A stretch of 64,000 nucleotides of DNA from Candidatus Omnitrophota bacterium (GTDB taxonomy: Bacteria; Omnitrophota; Gorgyraeia; B26-G9), in NCBI GenBank assembly GCA_043826565.1, contig JBDRPX010000030.1, forward strand, positions 21,660 to 85,659, given 5' to 3'. The notes below the pieces were generated by a model, which worked only from the letters and a program-made list of their open reading frames with translations, made no database searches and was not told where the DNA came from. Each line of letters opens with the position of its first letter. Positions within the stretch are counted from its first letter, which is position 1. A program made the translations under genes and the position numbers. Positions 58,182 through 64,000 of the stretch are shown here, piece after piece.

Positions 58182-58752
58182 TAGGGTAACGGACAGGTTG
58201 CAAACCTGTCCCTACATGTATATTTACATTATTTTCGTCTTCTGCCCATGCGGCAGGATTATTAATTATATATTCGCGAATATTGTTCAACGATTTGTCA
58301 TTACGTATGATGTGATCATGAAAAGACCGTTGCCATTTAAATTTATTTCCTGTTTTTATTGTTATATTTATTTGTTTTGATGAAAATGTTTTGAAACCAC
58401 GGATGATTTCCGATAATGAATATGATTTATTATTGTTAACCTGTAGGGGAGGGTTTGTAACCCTCCCTCTAGGATTAACCCTTTTATTGAAATTATCAAT
58501 AATCAAAATCCCATGAATATGGTTGGGCATAAGAATAAATGTATCGATACTTAGATTATTATAGTGTGTTGGTAAATCTAGCCAAGTTTGCTGGCAAATT
58601 CTACCATACAAGTTTATTTGTATCTGATCATTTATAACATTTCCCAGCCATTCTTTGCGACCATCGGTGCAAATAGTTACATAATAATAACCATTAAGCG
58701 TATAATCGCAGTGTTTCAATCGATTATTTTTACGTGTATAAAATTTTACCAT
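58159..58752 (-). CDS. IS200/IS605-family Y1 (HUH) transposase of the REP-associated (RAYT) type, carrying an in-frame 39-bp REP-like insertion
   Basis: HuH motif MPNHIHGILI, the Tyr region SYSLSEIIRGFKTFSSKQIN, and the RAYT-typical WQRSFHDHIIRND...YIINNPAAW. Confidence 0.65.
   Translation of the reverse strand: MVKFYTRKNNRLKHCDYTLNGYYYVTICTDGRKEWLGNVINDQIQINLYGRICQQTWLDLPTHYNNLSIDTFILMPNHIHGILIIDNFNKRVNPRGRVTNPPLQVNNNKSYSLSEIIRGFKTFSSKQINITIKTGNKFKWQRSFHDHIIRNDKSLNNIREYIINNPAAWAEDENNVNIHVGTGLQPVRYPNEKKISI
58191..58211. repeat. REP-like palindrome GGACAGGTT-gca-AACCTGTCC inside the 3' end of the RAYT ORF, 10 nt upstream of the patatin gene ATG
   Basis: Perfect 9-bp stem read from the sequence. 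It is homologous in form (GGTT/AACC core with compensatory arm changes) to the palindrome at 58447-58467. Confidence 0.5.
58442..58480. repeat. 39-bp REP-like insertion in the RAYT gene: palindrome GGGAGGGTT-tgt-AACCCTCCC plus a 6-bp direct repeat TTAACC (58436-58441 and 58475-58480)
   Basis: Read from the sequence. The insert plus one direct repeat is 39 bp (13 codons) and encodes the extra loop PRGRVTNPPLQVN between the HuH and Tyr motifs. Confidence 0.5.
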
Positions 58753-58810
58753 AACAATATGCCAACATCCTAATTATTTACCAATAAATGCAGCCCCAGA
58801 TTGTTTTAAT

Positions 58811-59542
58811 TTAGTTACTCTTATTTTTCCGCCGTTCTTTCAAAGACATTCCCGGCACCCCGCAATATACTGTACGCGGTTCAATAATTGTATTTTTGCC
58901 CAGCACCGTACCCGCGGCCAGCATCGCCTGATCACCGATCTGGCATCCGGGCAAAACCACAGAATTCAAACCGATCACCGCGCGATTGCCGATCTTAACT
59001 TTTTTTAAAACCAATCTTCCCCGCTCAAAAGAATGTCCGATCACCGTAGCATGGCCGCCGATAACCGCGCTATCGCCGATCTCCAAAAGAGACAGATCAG
59101 CGCAAAACTTGGAATTTATCTGTACATTCTTACCCAGCTTCGCGCCCATTAAACGGTAAAAAAGATTAATAAAAGGAGTAATTAAAATAAAATCCATAAA
59201 TGTATTAGCGACTACCAGGACCAGGGAATTGACCAAAGCCCATTTCAAAGCCCCCGGAGAAGCCATGGGATATTCCCCTTCTTTTAAAGTTAGTCCGAAT
59301 AAAATCCGGACTATTCCGACAATAAAAATCAAACATAATCCATAAATAAAATAAGCCGCCGCGATCCCTAAGGAAAACGCCAGTATCTGCCAAACCAAAG
59401 AATATTCCGCCGCCAGATTAACAAACTTAACACACAATAACAGTCCGGGAAAAATCGCCAAGCCGATAACAAATATCCCCACCACATACATGAATAATGT
59501 AAACAACAACTGCACAATCGTCGTAATCAACCATTTCATAGC
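58811..59542 (-). CDS. Membrane-anchored hexapeptide-repeat (LbH) acyltransferase
   Basis: Start moved to MKWLITTIV (ATG 59540-59542, GGAGG RBS); the longer ORF-track start would run into the repeat element. Three or four N-terminal TM helices, then LbH repeats (IGDSAVIGGHATVIGHSFERGRLVLKKVKIGNRAVIGLNSVVLPGCQIGDQAMLAAGTVLG). Confidence 0.55.
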   Translation of the reverse strand, partial: AMKWLITTIVQLLFTLFMYVVGIFVIGLAIFPGLLLCVKFVNLAAEYSLVWQILAFSLGIAAAYFIYGLCLIFIVGIVRILFGLTLKEGEYPMASPGALKWALVNSLVLVVANTFMDFILITPFINLFYRLMGAKLGKNVQINSKFCADLSLLEIGDSAVIGGHATVIGHSFERGRLVLKKVKIGNRAVIGLNSVVLPGCQIGDQAMLAAGTVLGKNTIIEPRTVYCGVPGMSLKERRKNKSN

Positions 59543-59584
59543 AACCCTCCGATTTAAAGTATTACGTCCCATAAGTACAGATAA

Positions 59585-59706
59585 CGCAAAAATTATCTTT
59601 GAACGGCGCTTTGAATCGTCATTTTTGCACGAGGCAAAAATAGATTCAACGCGCGGCCGCAAGGCATGGATGCCGCTGCGGGCTTAGTGAAAAGATGTGT
59701 TTTGCG
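59585..59706. repeat. Copy 3 of the conserved structured intergenic element, ~45 nt upstream of the LbH acyltransferase gene
   Basis: CGCAAAAATtatctttgaacGGCGCTTTGAATCG-[hairpin ATTTTTGCACGAGGCAAAAAT]-AGATTCAACGCGCGGCCGC-[hairpin GGCATGGATGCC]-GCTGCGGGCTTAG...GTGTTTTGCG. The terminal inverted repeat is CGCAAAA/TTTTGCG, a compensatory change relative to GGCAAAAA/TTTTTGCC in copies 1 and 2. Confidence 0.5.
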
Positions 59707-59769
59707 ATATCCCTATATATTTCATTATATATTTCCATTCTTTATTACGGGTGCAGGCAAGCAGCGCCC

Positions 59770-60510
59770 CTACATTGTTTGATTAAACCAATCAAGAATC
59801 AATTTCTTCATCAGCTCCGGATATTGCTGAATTAAGCGTTCCGCATGCAAACCATCTTTGATCAGCTCGATCTTATTTTTCCCCGATGCCGCTTTAAATA
59901 AATCCTGAGAATGATAATCCTTAATTATCCAATCCCGCGTACCATGAATAAAAAACATCGGAATATTTTCAATATATTTTACCTGAGTAAGCGGCTTGGG
60001 TTTTTTCATAAAGATCACATCAACTCTCGCTCCCTTACCTTCCCAGTCACACTCCAGATTATCCTTTAAGTCCGAAAACATCTCCGGCTCCCAGAAATGA
60101 TAATTGATCTGCCAGAAACTTTCCGGCCCGCTGATCAAAACCATACTCTTAACATTCTGCGTGCGGCTGATCGCGTTAATCGACGCGGCCGCACCCAGAG
60201 AATAACCGAGGATACCCACCTCGGCATATCCGCAGGAATAAGCATATTCAAGCACAGCCTCAACATCATAATGTTCTTTCGCCGACCAGGCAAACTTTCC
60301 ATTGCTGTCCCCATGGCCGCGAAAATCAAAAACAATCGCATCATAACATTCGGAAATAATATTTACGGTCTTTTGTATCCAGCGGTTTTTCTTGCTGTTA
60401 AAAAACCCCGGACAAACCACGATCACTTTTTTAAATCCATTTTGGCGATGCTCAAAACTGATTTTAATATTATCTTTGGTTTTTAAAATCCCGTTTATTT
60501 TTTTAGACAT
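59770..60510 (-). CDS. Alpha/beta-fold hydrolase
   Basis: Nucleophile elbow GYSLGAAAS. 246 aa, with probable Asp/His late in the sequence (..HGTRDWII..GLHAERL). Confidence 0.55.
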   Translation of the reverse strand: MSKKINGILKTKDNIKISFEHRQNGFKKVIVVCPGFFNSKKNRWIQKTVNIISECYDAIVFDFRGHGDSNGKFAWSAKEHYDVEAVLEYAYSCGYAEVGILGYSLGAAASINAISRTQNVKSMVLISGPESFWQINYHFWEPEMFSDLKDNLECDWEGKGARVDVIFMKKPKPLTQVKYIENIPMFFIHGTRDWIIKDYHSQDLFKAASGKNKIELIKDGLHAERLIQQYPELMKKLILDWFNQTM

Positions 60511-60574
60511 AATTCCCTCCTGTATTCCCCCTAGACAAATAACACAAAAACTTTTTTCTGACCTCTGACTTCTG

Positions 60575-63500
60575 TCATCTGTTTTCTGCTGCTTCCTGCG
60601 CGATCTTCTTTATCTGCTTCAAATCTAATTTACCGCTGCCTAAAAGCGGGATTTCCTCAACCTTATAAAAACTATCCCGTTTAGGGATCCATAACTTGGG
60701 TAATTCCGTAGCATTAAGCTTCTCCCATAATTCATCTGTATTAATATCACCTTTATATAATACTGCCAGGCGCTCGCCTTTTCTTTCATCCGCCACAGAC
60801 GTTACCGCGCAAACCGTTTCCACCGTACCGAGAATATTAGTTATCTCCTCTTCCACCTTAATATGCGGCACCATTTCTCCGGCGATCTTACTAAACCGGC
60901 TTAAACGGTCGGTTATCTGAATAAAACCATCTTCATCCATCATCGCGATATCGCCAGTTAGATACCACCCGTCTTTAATTACTTCCGCGGTTTTCTCCGG
61001 CTGATTTAAATATCCCTTCATCACATTCGGCCCCTTAATGACCAGCAAACCTTCGGTATCATACGGCAAAAGCTCAAGCGTATCCGGGTTAACAATTTTT
61101 GCCGCCACCCCGGGAAGCGGATGTCCGACTTTACCCGGCTTAAAACCTTTTTGCAAAATATTTTCATTTTTATCAAAACAATCCGGAATGCCCACGGACA
61201 CAATCGGTGAAAGTTCAGTCGCGCCATATCCTTCAAACGGCACTACATTAAATTTTTCATAAAAAGCCTGCGCTACATTCTGCTTTAATTTTTCCGCTCC
61301 GGTCAAAGCATAGCGGATACTGGCAAACTGCTCTGGTTTGCATTTTTTAATATAAGCGGAGAAAAATGTCGGGGTACCCAGCAAAATCGAAGCTTTATAC
61401 TTATGTACCATTTTACCGATCACTTGCGCGTCCAGCGGATTATTATGATAGACCACTCCGATGCCGCTGCCTACCGGCAGGCATAATGTCGCGGTAAAAC
61501 CAAACGAATGAAAAAACGGCAATATTCCCATAACCACATCTTTGCCGTCTAACTGCATGATCTGATAAAACCCTTCAATATTCGAAGAAATATTCTCATG
61601 CGTAAGCAATACTCCTTTGGGCATGCCCGTACTGCCGCTGGAAAAAATCACTGTAGCCACATCATCGACATTCTGTTTATCTCCGCGCACATACCAGGAC
61701 CTGATCAGCACAGACGGCAGCAGCAAAGCCGCCAAAAATGACCTGATCTTTTCCCCGGAACTTATTTTCGTCTTCATATCTTCGAGATAGATCATTTCTA
61801 TTTCCGGAAGCTCCATGGTTACTTTTTCCAAAAATTTACGGGAGGTAATAATCCTTTTCATCCGGCATTGTTCAATAGAAGAAAACACGCTTTCCCGGGA
61901 AGCGGTAAAATTAATATTTACCGGAATTTTACCCGCGAATAAAGCCGCGCCGTTTATCATTGAAGCCATGCAGGAAGCCGGCAATAAAACACCCACCATC
62001 TCATCTTTTTCATCTTCCGGAAACAATTTACGGGAAAGCAGCATTACGGTTGCCAATACCTCCGCGTAATTAAATCTCATGCCCGTACTGTCGGCCATGC
62101 AAAACTTAAACGGATGCTGTTTTACTTCGCGAATAAAAGCAATATGCAGCTTCACTCTGTCCGAACCGCGTTCTTTATAAGCTTGCGCGGAAAGTTCCAT
62201 TACCTGAGCACGCACTTGATGTACCTTAGAATCCGCCGGCATCTGATTGCCATAACATATTGTAACCGGATAAGGAATGATCTTCGGCATGGTCCACTTA
62301 TATTTACTGTTCTCAAACCTAAAAAGAGCACCCCAGATACGGTCTATATACATCGGGATTATTGGTGCTTTTGTACCTTTCATAATATGTTCAAAACCCC
62401 GGCGAAACGGCTGCATATTTCCGCTTTTCGTCAAATGGCCTTCGGCAAAAATGCACACCAGCTCTCCGTTTTCCACTGCCTCCCGGGCCTCTTGCAAAGA
62501 CTTCAATATTGATTTCGGAGCATCTTCAAAAGATACCGGGATCACCTGCATGATCCTGGCGATCCAATGAACCAGCGGATGATCATACATCTTACGCCAC
62601 ATTAAAAACCGTACCGGGCGCGGTGATGAACCGAGAATGATCAATGGATCAATAAAAGACACATGATTGCACACTAAAAGCGCCCCGCCGTCCTTAGGCA
62701 GGTTATCCATACCCATGACTTTCAATCGGATGATCGAATGGGTGATCACCCAATTAAATAAACGAATAAACGCAATCGGTAAAACCCGAAAAATATATAA
62801 AGTAACCAAAATTGATAGGCCGCCGCAAACCACAAAGATCAGTGCCGCATTCAAAGAAAACCATTCCCGCAAAACATAGATCAATCCGGTCCCGGCGAGG
62901 ATAGCTGAAAAGGAAAAAAAGTTTAAGGTTGCCAATACTTGGCCTCTACGGGTTTGCGGACTTTTTTGCTGAATATAAGTATTTAAAGGAACAATATAAA
63001 ACCCCGCGCAGATTCCCAGCACAAACAAACATCCCAAAGTCAGAGCAAGCGAGTGATAAGTAAATCCCAGAATTATCGGGAATATACTTAAACCCAGCGC
63101 TCCCAAAGGCACCAGTCCGAATTCAACTTTATGATCTGAGAGTTTTCCCGCCAGGATACTTCCGGCTCCAATACCCAAAGCCAGCAAAGTCAAAAGCATC
63201 CCGGTATTAAGCTCATTAACTTCCATAACCTTGCGCGCGTAGATCAGAATATTCAGCTGAAAGATCGAACCAAGCAAACTGAAATAGATCAGGCCAAGTA
63301 AGGCGAGAAAAATATTCTTTTCCCCGGCAGCACGTTTTACATTTTGGACAACTTCCCGGAAAATATTCCATTCAAATTTACGCGCCGAATATACTGCCGG
63401 AACTTTAGTCACGAACAAACTGGTAATAATACCCAATAAAGAAACACCCATAAAAACAAACGCCGCTTTTGCCGGATTCTCTTTAGTTATATAAAAAACA

Positions 63501-63982
63501 AACCCTCCGAATGCCGTCCCGAAAATAATCGCCAGATATGTCCACATCTGCATGGCCCCGTTCCCCTCAGAAAGATCATCCTCCGCGAGAAGCTCCGGCA
63601 GGATCCCGTATTTTGCCGGGCTAAAAAAAGCGCTCTGCATTCCCATCAAAAACAGCACCGCCAACACCCCATAAATACTTCCCGCAGACAAAGCCGTAAA
63701 TCCCAGCCCCATCACAATAAGTTCGGCAATTTTCGCGCTGATAATTATTTTGCGTTTGCTCACCCGGTCGGCAATAAAACCGGCATACGTGGAAAATAAT
63801 AAAAACGGCAGAATAAACACCGCGCTCGGCAAAGACAAATACTCAGTTCCGCCGCCTTTACGCACAAACATGTTTACCGCCAATAAAGAAATCACTAACT
63901 TAAAAGCATTATCATTAAACGCGCCTAAGAACTGCGTAGCCATTAAAGCCCTAAATCCCGGCTTAGCGACAGAACGTGACAT
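60575..63982 (-). CDS. Triple fusion: LplT-like MFS lysophospholipid transporter + PlsC-type acyltransferase + acyl-ACP/acyl-CoA synthetase (Aas-like)
   Basis: Residues 1-~400: 12-TM MFS-like. Then the acyltransferase HX4D motif (CNHVSFIDPLIIL) and FAEGHLTKSG. The C-terminal adenylation domain has VIFSSGSTGMPKGVLLTHENI and a YLTGDIAMMDEDG hinge. E. coli encodes LplT and Aas as two adjacent genes; here they form one ORF. Confidence 0.7.
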   Translation of the reverse strand: MSRSVAKPGFRALMATQFLGAFNDNAFKLVISLLAVNMFVRKGGGTEYLSLPSAVFILPFLLFSTYAGFIADRVSKRKIIISAKIAELIVMGLGFTALSAGSIYGVLAVLFLMGMQSAFFSPAKYGILPELLAEDDLSEGNGAMQMWTYLAIIFGTAFGGFVFYITKENPAKAAFVFMGVSLLGIITSLFVTKVPAVYSARKFEWNIFREVVQNVKRAAGEKNIFLALLGLIYFSLLGSIFQLNILIYARKVMEVNELNTGMLLTLLALGIGAGSILAGKLSDHKVEFGLVPLGALGLSIFPIILGFTYHSLALTLGCLFVLGICAGFYIVPLNTYIQQKSPQTRRGQVLATLNFFSFSAILAGTGLIYVLREWFSLNAALIFVVCGGLSILVTLYIFRVLPIAFIRLFNWVITHSIIRLKVMGMDNLPKDGGALLVCNHVSFIDPLIILGSSPRPVRFLMWRKMYDHPLVHWIARIMQVIPVSFEDAPKSILKSLQEAREAVENGELVCIFAEGHLTKSGNMQPFRRGFEHIMKGTKAPIIPMYIDRIWGALFRFENSKYKWTMPKIIPYPVTICYGNQMPADSKVHQVRAQVMELSAQAYKERGSDRVKLHIAFIREVKQHPFKFCMADSTGMRFNYAEVLATVMLLSRKLFPEDEKDEMVGVLLPASCMASMINGAALFAGKIPVNINFTASRESVFSSIEQCRMKRIITSRKFLEKVTMELPEIEMIYLEDMKTKISSGEKIRSFLAALLLPSVLIRSWYVRGDKQNVDDVATVIFSSGSTGMPKGVLLTHENISSNIEGFYQIMQLDGKDVVMGILPFFHSFGFTATLCLPVGSGIGVVYHNNPLDAQVIGKMVHKYKASILLGTPTFFSAYIKKCKPEQFASIRYALTGAEKLKQNVAQAFYEKFNVVPFEGYGATELSPIVSVGIPDCFDKNENILQKGFKPGKVGHPLPGVAAKIVNPDTLELLPYDTEGLLVIKGPNVMKGYLNQPEKTAEVIKDGWYLTGDIAMMDEDGFIQITDRLSRFSKIAGEMVPHIKVEEEITNILGTVETVCAVTSVADERKGERLAVLYKGDINTDELWEKLNATELPKLWIPKRDSFYKVEEIPLLGSGKLDLKQIKKIAQEAAENR

Positions 63983-64000
63983 ATTTACCCCCTATTTAAA

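Noticed and set aside
59543-59662. Long ORF-track start (59662) for the LbH acyltransferase
   Set aside because: The extension would read through the conserved intergenic element copy 3. An internal ATG at 59542 with a GGAGG RBS starts the first TM helix.
1-64000. CRISPR arrays, rRNA or tRNA genes
   Set aside because: No regularly spaced short direct repeats with unique spacers were found. No rRNA-like conserved blocks and no convincing tRNA cloverleaf were spotted in the few intergenic regions by eye. Absence cannot be guaranteed without tRNAscan or Infernal.

Overview
This is an AT-rich window (GC well under 50% by eye) from a diderm, Gram-negative-type bacterium; FadL-, Wza- and Omp85-type outer-membrane proteins are present. 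Almost every gene is on the minus strand; the only plus-strand gene is 1497..2216. Core genes: ilvD (partial, window start), a YkgJ-like CxxCxxCC protein, an RRM RNA-binding protein next to rpsU, an FKBP PPIase, pyruvate:ferredoxin oxidoreductase (nifJ), a B12-radical-SAM / TMTC-like TPR / PAS operon, a FadL-family porin, a PAS-GAF histidine kinase, a tandem-ACT protein, RlmD/RumA, ilvB, a patatin-POTRA-Omp85 (type Vd, PlpD-like) protein, an IS200/RAYT-type Y1 transposase, a membrane hexapeptide acyltransferase, an alpha/beta hydrolase and an LplT-Aas triple fusion. About half the window (~17.9-50.3 kb) is one large polysaccharide (EPS/O-antigen-like) locus. It runs from a polyprenyl-phosphate sugar transferase fused to an SDR epimerase domain, through a B12-radical-SAM::GT4 fusion, a D-glucuronyl C5-epimerase homologue, a CapK-like adenylate-forming enzyme, seven GT4, one GT2, one GT9, four SAM methyltransferases, a heparinase II/III-like protein, Wzx, two Wzy/O-antigen-ligase-like proteins (one TPR-fused), Wzc and Wza, to an uncharacterised OMP. 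The most interesting non-coding signals are: (i) a ~110-125 nt conserved intergenic element in three copies, with compensatory base changes in a closing stem and in internal hairpins, two copies directly upstream of the two B12-radical-SAM operons; (ii) a tripartite GTAATC / TAATC / AATCAGG motif in four intergenic regions; (iii) a Val/Leu-rich leader peptide plus tandem terminators forming a classic attenuator upstream of ilvB; (iv) a 39-bp REP-like palindrome with a 6-bp target duplication inserted in frame inside the RAYT transposase gene. No CRISPR array, rRNA or tRNA was recognised by eye.
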